Shown here piece by piece: positions 1 to 10,800 of a DNA stretch of 32,000 bases. Each line of letters starts with the position of its first letter. Position 1 is the stretch's first letter. Location of the stretch: positions 2,370,001 through 2,402,000 of the forward strand of contig NZ_CP066018.1 of the NCBI RefSeq assembly GCF_016127575.1, written 5' to 3'. The notes under the pieces are model-generated. The model ran no database searches. It was not told the DNA's origin and saw nothing but the letters and a program-made list of their open reading frames with translations. This DNA is from Cupriavidus necator (GTDB taxonomy: Bacteria; Pseudomonadota; Gammaproteobacteria; Burkholderiales; Burkholderiaceae). The position numbers and the translations under genes were made by a program.

Positions 1-550
1 CCCGGATCGAGACATCCAGCGCCGAGGTGGGCTCGTCCAGCACGATCAGCCGCGGCTGCAGCGCCAGCGCGCGCGCCACGGCAATGCGCTGGCGCTGGCC
101 GCCGCTGAACTCGTGCGGGTACAGGTCGAGCGCGCCGGGCGGCAGGCCGACGATCTCCAGCAGCTCCAGCAGCCGCCGGCGCAGCGCGGCGCGGTCGCCG
201 CCCTGGCCGTGCGCAAGCAGCGGCTCGGCCAGCAGCATGCCCACTTTCAGGCGCGGATTGAGCGAGGACGACGGGTCCTGGAACACCGCCTGCACCTGGC
301 GCCGGTAGCCCAGCACGCCCTTGCGGTCCAGCGCCAGTACGTCCTGGCCGTCGAAGCGGATGGTGCCGGCGCTGGGGCGCTCAAGCAGCAGCAGCTGCCT
401 GGCGATGGTGGTCTTGCCGCAGCCGGACTCGCCCACCAGCGCATAGGTCTGGCCGGCATCCACGGCAAAGCTGACGCCGTCGACGGCGCGCACTGTGCCG
501 CCGCCGCGCGCGGGGAAATGCTTCTTCAGGTTTTCGACTTCGAGCAGCAT
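1..550 (-). CDS. ABC transporter ATP-binding protein, oligopeptide/dipeptide type (DppF/OppF-like); C-terminus lies beyond the left window edge
   Basis: Own reverse-strand translation from ATG 550-548 (AGGAGG 4 nt upstream): MLLEVENLKKHFPARGGGTVRAVDGVSFAVDAGQTYALVGESGCGKTT (Walker A) ... HEFSGGQRQRIAVARALA (ABC signature) ... LIVLDEPTSALD (Walker B). Missing from the ORF track only because its stop codon is outside the window. Confidence 0.9.
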   Translation of the reverse strand, partial: MLLEVENLKKHFPARGGGTVRAVDGVSFAVDAGQTYALVGESGCGKTTIARQLLLLERPSAGTIRFDGQDVLALDRKGVLGYRRQVQAVFQDPSSSLNPRLKVGMLLAEPLLAHGQGGDRAALRRRLLELLEIVGLPPGALDLYPHEFSGGQRQRIAVARALALQPRLIVLDEPTSALDVSIR

Positions 551-566
551 GGCGCCTCCTGGGTTC

Positions 567-1613
567 TCAGCCGGCCGAAGCCAGCCAGCAGCTGACCTTG
601 TGGCCGGATTCAAGTTCGATCTCGGGGGGATAGGCGTCATCGCACAGCGGCTTGCGGTGCGGGCAGCGCGCCGCGAAGCGGCAGCCGTGCGGCGGGTCGA
701 TCAGGCTGGGCGGGCTGCCCTGGATGGCGTAGAGCCGCTCGCGTTTTTCGCCGAAGTGGGGAATGGCCTGGAGCAGGGCCTGCGTGTAGGGATGGGCGGG
801 GCGCTGGTACAGCGTGCGCACATCGCCGGTCTCGACAATGCGCCCGGCGTACATCACCGCCACCCGGTGGCAGATGCTGGCCGCCACGCCCAGGTCGTGC
901 GTGATCAGGATGATGCCGACACCGGTCTGCGCCTGGATCTTGCGGAACAGCGCCATGATCTGCACCTGGATGGTCACGTCCAGTGCCGAGGTGGGTTCGT
1001 CCGCCACCAGCAGGCGCGGCGCGCTGGCAATGGCCATGCCGGTCACCACGCGCTGGCGCATGCCGCCGCTGAACTGGTGCGGATAGTCGTCCAGCCGCGT
1101 CTCGGGCGAGGGGATGCGCACGCTGTCCAGCACCTGCACCACCTGGCGCCGGCGCGCCTCGCGGCTGTCGGCGCGGCCATGGTAGCGCAGCGGCGCGCCG
1201 ACCTGGTCGCCCACCGTGAAGACCGGGTTCAGCGAGGTCAGCGGGTCCTGCGAGATCATCGCGATCTTGCGGCCGCGGTACTGCGTGCTCATGGTCTTCT
1301 CGGGCAGCTGCAGCAGGTCCACGCCATCGAGCAGCACCTTGCCGCCCAGTTGCACGCCGCCCTGGCGCGGCAGCAGGCGCAGGATGGACAGAATGGTCAT
1401 GGACTTGCCGGAGCCGGATTCGCCCACCACGCCCAGGGTCTCGCCTTCATGCACGTGCAGGTCGACGCCGTCCACGGCGCGCACCGTGCCGCGGCGCAGT
1501 CCTAGGTGCGTGGTCAGCCCCTGCACCGACAGCATGGGCGCGCCGCGGGGGGAGCCCCCGGCGGCGGGCGTTGGCGACGGGCGTTGCGTCACGTGCGGGT
1601 CGGGGCCGGTCAT
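567..1613 (-). CDS. ABC transporter ATP-binding protein, oligopeptide/dipeptide type (DppD/OppD-like)
   Basis: Frame of track ORF 567..1766, trimmed to ATG 1613 (MTGPDPH...), which overlaps the upstream permease stop as ATGA. Walker A GESGSGKS, signature FSGGMRQRV, Walker B LLVADEPTSALD, C-terminal Opp/Dpp Cys motif GCRFAARCPHRKPLC. Confidence 0.9.
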   Translation of the reverse strand: MTGPDPHVTQRPSPTPAAGGSPRGAPMLSVQGLTTHLGLRRGTVRAVDGVDLHVHEGETLGVVGESGSGKSMTILSILRLLPRQGGVQLGGKVLLDGVDLLQLPEKTMSTQYRGRKIAMISQDPLTSLNPVFTVGDQVGAPLRYHGRADSREARRRQVVQVLDSVRIPSPETRLDDYPHQFSGGMRQRVVTGMAIASAPRLLVADEPTSALDVTIQVQIMALFRKIQAQTGVGIILITHDLGVAASICHRVAVMYAGRIVETGDVRTLYQRPAHPYTQALLQAIPHFGEKRERLYAIQGSPPSLIDPPHGCRFAARCPHRKPLCDDAYPPEIELESGHKVSCWLASAG

Positions 1614-2503
1614 AGCTGCCTCCTTTTCGGGTCGAAGTGGTCGCGCAGCCAGTCGCCCAGCAGGTTGGACGCCAGGCAGGTGGCCATGATGGCCAGTCCG
1701 GGCATGGTGATGGCCCACCACGCGTTGGTGATGTAGTTGCGCGCATCGGCCAGCATCAGCCCCCATGACACATCGGGTTGCTGGATGCCAAGGCCGAGAA
1801 AGCTGAGCGAGGCCTCGAAGATGATCACCTGGCCCACCTGCAGCGTGGCCAGCACCAGCAGGGTGTTGAGCAGGTTGGGCAGCAGGTGGCGGCGGAAGAT
1901 GGTGAGCGTGCCGCAGCCGGCCACGCGCGCCAGCGCCACGTAGTCGCGCTGCTTGAGCGACATCACCTCGCCGCGCACGATGCGCGCGTACCAGGTCCAG
2001 TAGGTCACCACGATCACCAGCACCACGGTATTGAAGCCCGGGCCCAGCACCGCGGCCAGCACCAGCGCCAGCGCCAGCGCGGGGATCGACATCTGGATAT
2101 CGACCAGCCGCATGATGAGCGCGTCCAGGCGCCCGCCGAAGTAGCCGGCCAGCATGCCGGCGGCGGTGCCGATGCCGCCCGAGATCAGGATGGCGTACAG
2201 CGCGACCACCAGCGAGATGCGCGTGCCGGCCATGATGCGCGAGAGCAGGTCGCGCCCCATGTTGTCGGTGCCCAGCGGATAGGCCCAGCTGCCGCCCTCC
2301 AGCCAGGCCGGCGGCTGGAAGGCCAGGCCGAGGTCGAGGCCGTTGGGGTCGTGCGGCAGCAGCGCCTCGCCGCCGACGGCGCAGACCAGCAGCACCGGGA
2401 AGATTGCCAGCGCAAACCAGGGCAGGCCACCCAGGTCACGCCGCTGGCGCTTGCGGGCCGGCGCCGCCGTGGCGCTGGCGGGAGGAGCGGTGATCTCAGG
2501 CAT
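1610..2503 (-). CDS. ABC transporter permease (DppC/OppC-like)
   Basis: Track ORF, 297 aa, multi-TM. Carries typical DppC strings GTDNMGRDLLSRIMAGTRISL and the EAA-type loop SLKQRDYVALARVAGCG. Start overlaps the upstream permease by 8 nt. Confidence 0.9.
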   Translation of the reverse strand: MPEITAPPASATAAPARKRQRRDLGGLPWFALAIFPVLLVCAVGGEALLPHDPNGLDLGLAFQPPAWLEGGSWAYPLGTDNMGRDLLSRIMAGTRISLVVALYAILISGGIGTAAGMLAGYFGGRLDALIMRLVDIQMSIPALALALVLAAVLGPGFNTVVLVIVVTYWTWYARIVRGEVMSLKQRDYVALARVAGCGTLTIFRRHLLPNLLNTLLVLATLQVGQVIIFEASLSFLGLGIQQPDVSWGLMLADARNYITNAWWAITMPGLAIMATCLASNLLGDWLRDHFDPKRRQL

Positions 2504-3407
2504 GGCGGATCCTCGGGTCGATCAGGCCGTAGCTCAGGTCGACCAGCAGGTTGGACAGCACGAACAGCACGGAGGTGAGCATCACCCCCGCCTGCACCAC
2601 GGGAAAATCGCGCGCGAACACGGCCTCGACCACGGTGCGGCCAACGCCTGGCCAGGCGAAGATGACTTCGACCACGAAGGCGCCGCCCAGCATCGCCGCG
2701 AAGTACACGCCGAGGATGGTCACCAGCGGAATCGCCGCGTTGCGCAGCGCGTACTTCCAGATCAGCACGCGCTCGGGCAGGCCCATGGCGCGGCCCATGC
2801 GGATGTAGTCGCTGTCCAGCACATCCAGCATGGCCGAGCGCACCACGCGGGTCTGCGCCGCCACCGGATACCAGCCCAGCGCAATCGCGGGCAGCACCAG
2901 GCTGTTCCACGAATCGCGCCCGAACGCGGGCAGCCAGTTCAGCTGCACCGCGAAGAACAGGATCAGCAGCAGTCCGACCCAGAAGTTGGGCATGGCCTGG
3001 CCGAGCATGGCGAAGACCTTGGCAAAGCGGTCGAACCAGGAGCCGCGGTAGACCGCCGACAGCACGCCGAACGGCACCGCCATCGCAATCGAGAAGCCCA
3101 GCGCGGCCAGCGCCAGCTCCACCGTGGCCGGCAGCCGCTCCAGGATCAGCCCCAGTGCCGGTTCCTGCCAGCGGTAGGAGTTGCCGAAGTCGCCGGTGAC
3201 GGCATGGCCGAGGAAGACCAGGTACTGCGCCACCAGGGGCTGGTCCAGGCCGAGATGGCGGCGCGTTGCCTCGATCACCTGCGGCGGCGCGTCGGCCGGC
3301 AGCAGCAAGGCAAGCGGGTCGCCGGACAGGCGCGAGATCAGGAAGATGATCACGCTCGCGCCAAGGATGCTGATCAGGCCGTGCAGCACGCGTTTTGCAA
3401 TAGGCAT
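2496..3407 (-). CDS. ABC transporter permease (DppB/OppB-like)
   Basis: Track ORF, 303 aa, with GGAG 7 nt upstream of ATG 3407. Typical DppB strings PNFWVGLLLILFFAVQLNWLP and DSDYIRMGRAMGLPERVLIWKYALRNA. Confidence 0.9.
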   Translation of the reverse strand: MPIAKRVLHGLISILGASVIIFLISRLSGDPLALLLPADAPPQVIEATRRHLGLDQPLVAQYLVFLGHAVTGDFGNSYRWQEPALGLILERLPATVELALAALGFSIAMAVPFGVLSAVYRGSWFDRFAKVFAMLGQAMPNFWVGLLLILFFAVQLNWLPAFGRDSWNSLVLPAIALGWYPVAAQTRVVRSAMLDVLDSDYIRMGRAMGLPERVLIWKYALRNAAIPLVTILGVYFAAMLGGAFVVEVIFAWPGVGRTVVEAVFARDFPVVQAGVMLTSVLFVLSNLLVDLSYGLIDPRIRHA

Positions 3408-3476
3408 GACAGGCTCCGTCGGAGATTCGTCAGCGGGAATGCCGCGCCCGGCACGGGCGCCGGGCGCGGCGGCGGA

Positions 3477-5078
3477 TCAGCGCTGCTTCCAGCTGACTTC
3501 CTGGAACGAGCGCCAGTAGTCGCGGATGGGCCAGGGCACGTAGTCGATCTTGTTGTCGCGCCAGGCAAAGGTCACCAGCGGCCGGTAGGTCGGCAGGCCA
3601 CCCAGCACGCGCTCCTGCTTGAGCCGCGCGATCTGGCGCAGCAGCGCGGTGCGCGCCGCGGGGTCCATGGTCTGGCGCTGCTTCTCCAGCAGCGCGTCGA
3701 CCTCGGGGTCGCTGGTGTAGGAATAAGTGCCCCAGCCGCCGCCGCCCTGGTAGCTGTGCAAATGGCCGGACCAGGCCAGGCCCGGGTCGCCGGGCAGGCC
3801 CTGCGACCACATCCAGCTCAGCACGCCGTCCATCTCCGGCGGGCCCGAGCGGCCGCGCTTGCCCAGGCTGATCCAGGCCCCGTACTCCAGGTTGCGCACC
3901 TGGCAGCGGATGCCCACGGAACTCAGGTAGGCATACATGGCTTCGCCCACTTCCTTCACGCCAGGTTCGCGCGGCGTGGTGAGGTTGTAGCAGGGGGTCT
4001 CGAAGCCATTGGGGTAGCCCGCCTGCCTGAGCAGCTCGCGCGCACGCTTCTGGTCGAAGGCGTAGGGCTTGAGCTCGGGGTCGTAGCCATTCGACTCCTT
4101 GCCCACCTGCGCATAGCGCTCGCCCTGGCCGAACAGCACGCGCTTGATGATGGCGTCGACATCGATGGCGTGCGCGGCCGCCTGCCGCACGCGCACATCG
4201 TTGAACGGCGACTTCGGCATCTGCGTATTGAAATTGAGGAAGAGGTTGTTGCCGCTCACCAGCGTGACGGTCTTCACGCCCGGCATCTTCTTGAACTCTT
4301 CGACCATCGAAGGCGGCACGTTGTCGATGAAATCGACCTTGCCGGTCTTGAAGGCCGCCACCCGGGTCAGGTCCTCGGGAATCACCTTGATGGTCAGCTC
4401 CTTGACGCCGGGCCGTTTCTCCTTGTTCCAGTAGCCGTCAAAGGCTTCCAGCTTCAGCTCGTCCTTGACCGTGCGCGAGACAAACTTCCATGGCCCGGTG
4501 CCGACCGGCTTGCGGGCGAACTCTTCTTCGCCGACCTTCTGGATGTACTTCTTGGGCATGGCCCACAGCTGCATGTTGCCGACGATGAACTGCGCATCCG
4601 GCTCCTTGAAATGCAGCCTGAAGCGGTGCGCATCCACGATCTCGAAACGCTCGACCGACGAGACATAGTGCGAGAAGAAGCTGCTCTTGGGGTCGCGCTG
4701 GCGTTGCCAGGAGAACTCGAGGTCCTCGGAGGTCAGCGGGTCGCCGTTGTGGAAGCGCACGCCCTTGCGCAGCTGCACGTCGAGCACGGGCTTGCCGTCC
4801 TTGCCGGTTTCCAGCTTCCAGTTCTCCGCCAGCCAGTTCTCGTCCTTGAGCGCGGCATTGCGGCGCACCAGCATCTCGAAGATCTGGCCGACAAAGTAGT
4901 GGTCGACGCCGGCCGAGATCTTGACCGGATCGAGCGTGGTCGACTCCGCGCCGAAGGCGACGGTGAGGCTGCCGGTGGCCGGCGAGGGCGGGGCGGCCTG
5001 GGCCGCGGGGATGGTGGCGGCGGCCAGCATGCCGGCCAGCAGGCGGCGCCGGGCGGCGTCGGTCAACTTTACTTGCAT
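3477..5078 (-). CDS. ABC transporter substrate-binding protein, family 5 (peptide/nickel/opine type)
   Basis: Frame of track ORF 3477..5960, trimmed to ATG 5078 (AGGAGGAG 4 nt upstream). Signal peptide MQVKLTDAARRRLLAGMLAAATIPAAQA. The 533-aa mature part has a typical SBP_bac_5 look (LTVAFGAESTTLDP, VRFHNGDPLTSEDLEFSW). Confidence 0.9.
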   Translation of the reverse strand: MQVKLTDAARRRLLAGMLAAATIPAAQAAPPSPATGSLTVAFGAESTTLDPVKISAGVDHYFVGQIFEMLVRRNAALKDENWLAENWKLETGKDGKPVLDVQLRKGVRFHNGDPLTSEDLEFSWQRQRDPKSSFFSHYVSSVERFEIVDAHRFRLHFKEPDAQFIVGNMQLWAMPKKYIQKVGEEEFARKPVGTGPWKFVSRTVKDELKLEAFDGYWNKEKRPGVKELTIKVIPEDLTRVAAFKTGKVDFIDNVPPSMVEEFKKMPGVKTVTLVSGNNLFLNFNTQMPKSPFNDVRVRQAAAHAIDVDAIIKRVLFGQGERYAQVGKESNGYDPELKPYAFDQKRARELLRQAGYPNGFETPCYNLTTPREPGVKEVGEAMYAYLSSVGIRCQVRNLEYGAWISLGKRGRSGPPEMDGVLSWMWSQGLPGDPGLAWSGHLHSYQGGGGWGTYSYTSDPEVDALLEKQRQTMDPAARTALLRQIARLKQERVLGGLPTYRPLVTFAWRDNKIDYVPWPIRDYWRSFQEVSWKQR

Positions 5079-5137
5079 GGTGCTCCTCCTGTTGCGCCGT
5101 CTCGTGGCGGCGCTGTTGGTGTGAACAACGGATGCGC

Positions 5138-5929
5138 TCAGCGCGGGAAGCTGCCTTCCAGCTGGCGTACCACCTCCAGCAGGCGCGGGCGCACCTCGTC
5201 GAGCAGGAATGACGGGGACAGCCGGAACGACGGTCCGCCCACGTTGATGGCCATAGGCGGCATGCCATGGCCGGGCTCGAAGCCGCGCGCAATGCCGTTG
5301 ACGTCTGGCTGCCACTCGCCCATCGAGCAGGTCACGCCCAGGGTGAGGTGGTCCGCCAGGCCCTGTTCGATGCCCTGGCGCAGGCGCGGCCACGCCATGT
5401 CGTCGACGTCGCGCACCTGTTCCATGAAGGCCTGCCGCTCTTCGTCCGGCACCACCGCCAGCCAGGCGCGGCCGATGGCCGAGGTGGCGACCGGAATGCG
5501 CGAGCCGGTATCGAGCGTCAGCGCAATCGCGGCGCAGCTGCGGCAGTGCTCGACATAGATCATCGAGAACCGGTCGCGCGTGCCCAGCGACACCGTGCCG
5601 CCGGAAAAGTCCGCCAGCTCCTGCATCAGCGGTCGCGCCACCTTGCGGATGTCCAGCCGAGACAGCATGGCGCTGCCCAGCCGCAGGCAGGCCGTGCCCA
5701 GGCTGTACTTGTGGCTGCCTTCGGCCTGCGCCAGATAGCCCAGCCGGGTCAGGGTGGAGGTCAGGCGCGATACGGTCGACTTGGGCAGTCCGCAGCGCCG
5801 GGCGATTTCCTGGTTGCCGAGCACGCGGTCGCTGGTGCGGAAGCAGGCCAGCACTTCCAGCCCGCGCGCCAGCGCGGTGACGAAGTGGCGGTCTTCCTTG
5901 AAGGCATTGCCGGTGGATCGGTCCTGCAT
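5138..5929 (-). CDS. IclR-family transcriptional regulator
   Basis: Track ORF, 263 aa, with GAGGGAG upstream of ATG 5929. N-terminal wHTH (LGNQEIARRCGLPKSTVSRLTSTLTRLGYL) followed by an IclR-type effector domain. Confidence 0.9.
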   Translation of the reverse strand: MQDRSTGNAFKEDRHFVTALARGLEVLACFRTSDRVLGNQEIARRCGLPKSTVSRLTSTLTRLGYLAQAEGSHKYSLGTACLRLGSAMLSRLDIRKVARPLMQELADFSGGTVSLGTRDRFSMIYVEHCRSCAAIALTLDTGSRIPVATSAIGRAWLAVVPDEERQAFMEQVRDVDDMAWPRLRQGIEQGLADHLTLGVTCSMGEWQPDVNGIARGFEPGHGMPPMAINVGGPSFRLSPSFLLDEVRPRLLEVVRQLEGSFPR

Positions 5930-6050
5930 AACCGTTGGCTCCCTCGTTGTGCCGTTGCACGCCAGCCGCGCTTGTTCGACGCGCAGGCGTGCCGGACGCG
6001 CGCTCGGCGTCCTCGTCCGGTACGGCGGTACTACCCGACAGCGGTCCCGT

Positions 6051-7784
6051 TCAGCCGCCGGCCTCGGTATCCAGCAAGGCCTGCAGCTCGACCTTGCGCA
6101 CCTTGCCGGTGGCGGTCAGCGGGAACTCGGGCAGGATGCGGATCTCGGGCACCTTGTAGACCGCCATCTGCTCGCGGCACCATGCATGCAGCGTGTCGGC
6201 AGTGATGCCGTCGGCGTGCTCGGCGCGCAGGCGGATAAAGGCCACCGGCACCTGGCCCTTGTCCGGGTCGGGGCGGCCCACCACCGCCGAGCCCAGCACC
6301 GCCGGATGACGCGACAGCAGCACCTCCAGCTCGGACGGGAACACGCTCATGCCGCGCACCTTGAGCATCTCCTTGCGCCGTCCCAGGAAATGCAGGTAGC
6401 CCGCCTCGTCATAGGCACCGATATCGCCGGTGCGGAACCAGCCGTCGCGGAATACCTCGGCATCGACGTCGGGGCGGCCCCAGTAGCCCTTGAACAGCGA
6501 CGGCGTGCTGACCACGATCTCGCCTTCCGCGCCGACCGGCAGCACCGCGCCGGTGTCGAAGTCGCAGATCTTGATGCGCGTGCCCGGCACCGGCAGGCCG
6601 ACAAAGACCGGGCGGCCGCGCAGGTCCATGTCGTCGTCCTGCATGCCGGTGGTGAAGGTGTCGCTGGTATGGGTCTCGGTCATGCCCCAGGCGCCTTCGG
6701 CGATGATGCTGCCGGTCAGCGCGTGCCAGCGCTGGCGGATGTCGGGGGTGATCTTGCGGATGAACGAGGCGGCGCGCGTGTGCTGCAGCGAACGCAGGTC
6801 GTAGCGGCCGGATTCGGGGTGGTTCATCAGCTCGACCGCGTTGTCCACCACCACGAAGGTGCGGTTGACGCGATAGCGCTCGATCGCGGCCATCACCGCG
6901 ACCGGGTCCCAGCGCGCCAGCAGCACCACGGTCGCGCCGCTGAAGATCGGGTAGATCAGCCCGAGGTTCTCGCCCGCGATCCAGAACATCGGCAGGAAGT
7001 TCAGCATCACGTCGCCGGAGCCTTCTGCCAGCCGTTCCGCATCGACACCGCCGGTGAGCGCGTAGGAAGCCGCCGCGGTGTAGACCATGTCGCGCTGCGT
7101 GTGCATGCAGCCCTTGGGCAGGCCGGTGGTGCCGCCGGTGTAGTTCAGTGCGGCCAGCGCGTCCATGTCGACCGGGGGCAGTGCGACCGGCGCGGTGTCG
7201 CGCAGTGCCTGCAGCAGGTCGATGGTGCCTTCCACGGCCAGCGGGGGCGCGTCGAGGCCCGCTGGCAGCGGCAGGTCCGGCTGTGCCGGCAACATCGCGC
7301 CGGCACTGGTGGTGTAGACGGTGCGCAGCCGCGTCTGCGCGCGCACCGACATCAGCAGCGGCGCAAGCTGGTCCTGCACGATGACGGTGGTGGCGCCGGC
7401 ATCGTTCAGTTCGTAGACCAGCTCCTGTTCCTTGAAGAGCGGGTTGACCGGCACATAGACCGCGCCCAGCTTCAGGATGCCGTAGAAGACCACGTGGAAC
7501 TGCGGGCAGTTGCCCATCATCACCGCTACCCGGTCACCCGCGCCCACGCCGCGGCCCTTGAGCAGCGCGGCGCAGCGCTCGGACAGGTTGTCGAGCTCGG
7601 CATAGGTCACGGTGGTGCCGTACCAGACCAGCGCGGCGTGGTCCGGGCGCTTGCGCGCCCACGCGCGCAGGTAGTCGCCCAGCGGGGCCTCGCCATGGGG
7701 GTAGACCGGTGCGTCGGGCAGGCCTGCGGGCCAGATCTTGCGATGCCGGGCTTCCAGGTCCTCGAAGAACGCCTGTTCGTTCAT
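6051..7784 (-). CDS. AMP-dependent acyl-CoA synthetase/ligase (long/medium-chain fatty-acid-CoA ligase-like)
   Basis: Frame of track ORF 6051..7880, trimmed to ATG 7784 (MNEQAFF..., GAGGAGA upstream). AMP-binding motifs YTGGTTGLPKG and GWFRTGDIG, plus the C-terminal lysine region TATGKVRK. Confidence 0.9.
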   Translation of the reverse strand: MNEQAFFEDLEARHRKIWPAGLPDAPVYPHGEAPLGDYLRAWARKRPDHAALVWYGTTVTYAELDNLSERCAALLKGRGVGAGDRVAVMMGNCPQFHVVFYGILKLGAVYVPVNPLFKEQELVYELNDAGATTVIVQDQLAPLLMSVRAQTRLRTVYTTSAGAMLPAQPDLPLPAGLDAPPLAVEGTIDLLQALRDTAPVALPPVDMDALAALNYTGGTTGLPKGCMHTQRDMVYTAAASYALTGGVDAERLAEGSGDVMLNFLPMFWIAGENLGLIYPIFSGATVVLLARWDPVAVMAAIERYRVNRTFVVVDNAVELMNHPESGRYDLRSLQHTRAASFIRKITPDIRQRWHALTGSIIAEGAWGMTETHTSDTFTTGMQDDDMDLRGRPVFVGLPVPGTRIKICDFDTGAVLPVGAEGEIVVSTPSLFKGYWGRPDVDAEVFRDGWFRTGDIGAYDEAGYLHFLGRRKEMLKVRGMSVFPSELEVLLSRHPAVLGSAVVGRPDPDKGQVPVAFIRLRAEHADGITADTLHAWCREQMAVYKVPEIRILPEFPLTATGKVRKVELQALLDTEAGG

Positions 7785-7830
7785 CTGCTGTCTCCTCTTG
7801 CTTTCGCTCTGGTTCTGTCCGCCGCCGCGC

Positions 7831-10800
7831 CTACCAGGCGTCGACGAAGGTGCGCATCGGGCGCTGGGGATTGGCGGCACCGGCCTCGAGCCCGCTGACC
7901 ACCCACTGGCGGGTGGCGGCGGGGTCGATCACGGCGTCCAGCTCCAATGCCGCAGCGGCGTTGATGGCATGGCCGCGCTCGTACATCTGCGCCACCAGCT
8001 GTTGGTACAGCGCATCGCGCTGCGGGCCGGCCGGCAGCGCTTCCAGCTCCTTGCGGAAGCCCAGCCGCACCGCGCCCTCCAGGCCCATGCCGCCGAATTC
8101 GCCGGTTGGCCACGAGACCGTGAAGGTTGGCGCGCGGAAGCCGCCCGCGGCCATCGCCATCGCGCCCAGGCCGTAGCCCTTGCGCAGTACCACCGCCAGG
8201 AACGGCACGCGCAGCTTGGCGCCGGCGACGAACATGCGCGACACATGGCGCACCTGGGCGCGGGCCTCGACCTCCGGGCCCACCATGAAGCCCGGCGTGT
8301 CGATCAACGATACGATCGGCAGCCCGTGCGCATTGCACACCTGCATGAAGCGCGCGGCCTTGTCGGCGGCGTCGGCATCGATGGCGCCGCCGAGGTGGCG
8401 CGGGTTGTTGGCGAGAATGCCGACGGGCCGGCCTTCGATGCGCGCCAGCGCGGTGTGGATGCCGGTGCCGAAGCCGGCGCGCAGTTCCAGCACGCTGCCC
8501 GCGTCGGCCAGGCCGGCGATGGCGGCGCGCGTGTCGTAGACGCGCAGGCGGTTTTCCGGCACCACCTGGCGCAGCGCCAGCGTGTCAGGCGCCTGCCAGT
8601 CGTCGACACGGCCCTGGAACATCGACAGGTAATGCCTGGCCGCGGCCACCGCGTCGGCCTCATCGTCGACCAGCAGGTCGACCACGCCGTTGTGGTACTG
8701 CACCGTGGCCGGGCCGATATCCTCGGGGCGGAACACGCCCAGGCCGCCGCCCTCGATCATGGCCGGGCCGGCCATGCCGATATTGGCGTTGCGCGTGGCG
8801 ATGATCAGGTCGCAACAGCCCAGCAGCGCGGCATTGCCGGCAAAGCAGCGCCCGGAGGCGATGCCCACCACCGGCACTTCGCCGCTGAGCTCGGCGAAGG
8901 CGGCGAACGAAGGCTGGTACAGGCCGGCCACGGTGGGGAAGTCGATGTCGCCCGGGCGGCCGCCGCCGCCTTCGGCAAAGATCACCGTGGGCAGCCGGTT
9001 CCGCAGCGCCACCTCCAGGATGCGGTCGGTCTTGATATGGTTGCGCTTGCCCTGGGTGCCGGCCAGCACGGTGGCGTCGTAGGCCAGCACCGCGCAGCGC
9101 GCGCGCTCCGGTGCGAACAGGCTGCCGTTGACGGCGCCGGTGCCGGTGATCAGCCCGTCGGCAGGGGTGTTGGCGATCAGGTCGGCCTCGCTGCGCCGGC
9201 TGGCCTGTGCCGCCAGCGCCAGGCCGCCGTATTCGCGGAAGCTGCCGGCATCGCACAGGTCGTCGACGTTTTCGCGCGCGGTGCGCTGGCCGCGCGCATG
9301 GCGGCGTGCCACGGCCTCGGGGCGGGCCGCGTCGTACAGGAAGGCATGGCGGTCGAGCACGCGCTGCAGGTCGGCGCGGATCGCCGACGGGTCGGTGTGC
9401 TCGGCCTCGCCATCGGCATGGGCGCCGGCGTCGGCAGGCTCCAGCACCAGCATGACCTGGCCCTCGGCGACTTGCTCGCCGGAAGCGGTGCGCAGGTCGA
9501 TCACGCGGCCCGCATGCTCGGCCACGATGGCATGTTCCATCTTCATCGCATCGAGCACGGCCACGGTCTGGCCGGCCTTGACCAGGTCGTTCTCGCGCGC
9601 CAGTTCGATCACGCGTCCGTTCATGGACGCGCGCACCGCGCACAGGCCCTCGCCCAGTCGCTCCTCGAAGCTTGCCGTGCTGGAAGGTGCCGCCACCCTG
9701 GGGGCGCTGCCTCCTGCGAGGGCCTGCCGCGCCGCGTCCTGCGCCGCAATCTGCGCGGCGCGTTCCAGCAGGGCGGGCAGCGCGGCTTCCATATAGCGCG
9801 TATGCACGTGCTGGCTGGCAAAGTCGTCGCGCTCGGCCAGCGCCCGCAGCAGGTCGAGGTTGGTGACGATGCCGCCGATATTGAATTCCCCGAGCGCGCG
9901 CTGCAGGCGCCGCACTGCGTCAGCGAAGTTGTCGCTGGCCGAGGTGACGATCAGCTTGGCCAGCAGCGTGTCGTAATGCGCGGACGGTGCATAGCCGGTA
10001 TAGCCGTGGGTGTCGACGCGCACGTCCGGCCCGGTGGGCGGATCGAAACGCTCCAGCCGCCCCTGTGCCGGACGTGCCAGCCCTTGCGCGTCGGTGGCCT
10101 CGGCATTCACGCGCACCTGGATGGCATAGCCGCGCACGCGCGGCGGGTGCTGCGGGTCCAGCCCCAGTTCCGCCAGGCGCCGGCCTTCGGCCAGCCCCAG
10201 CTGCACGGCCACCAGGTCCACGCCGGTGACCTGCTCGGTGACGGTGTGCTCGACCTGCAGGCGCGGGTTGGCTTCGATAAAGACAAAGGGCAGGGCCGCG
10301 CCATCGCGGCGCGCACCTTCCTCGGGCTCTTCGACCAGGAATTCAAACGTGCCCAGGCTGCGGTAGCGCGCTTCGCGCGCCAGCGTGCAGGCGGCATCGA
10401 CAATGCGCCGGCGCAGCGCCGGATCGAGCGCCGGGCTGGGCGCGATCTCGACCACTTTCTGGAAGCGGCGTTGCAGCGTGCAGTCACGCTCGCCCAGTGC
10501 GATCACATGGTGGCCGTCGCCGGCGATCTGCACTTCGATATGGCGCGCGCGGGCCACCAGCCGTTCGGCGTAGATGGCATCGATGCCGAAGGCCGAGCGT
10601 GCTTCGGAGCGGCAGCGCGCATAGGCTTCGGGCAGCGCGTCGCGCTCGCGCACCACGCGCATGCCGCGCCCGCCGCCGCCGCCCACCGCCTTGAGCACCA
10701 CGCCGGCGCCGTCCTGTTCGTCGAAGAATGCGGTCACCGCATCGAGCGTGGCGCCGCCCGCGGTGGCGGGCATCACCGGTATGCCGCAGCGCGCGGCCAG

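Noticed and set aside
2343-5558. 1071-aa plus-strand ORF
   Set aside because: Antisense to the permease, binding-protein and IclR genes. Same low-complexity R/A/G/H composition. GC artefact.
3477-5960. 827-aa long form of the binding-protein ORF
   Set aside because: The N-terminal ~290 aa overlap the IclR gene out of frame and are Arg/Pro/Gly-rich. ATG 5078 has a strong SD and is followed directly by a signal peptide.
5754-7898. 714-aa plus-strand ORF
   Set aside because: Antisense to the acyl-CoA ligase. Shadow ORF.
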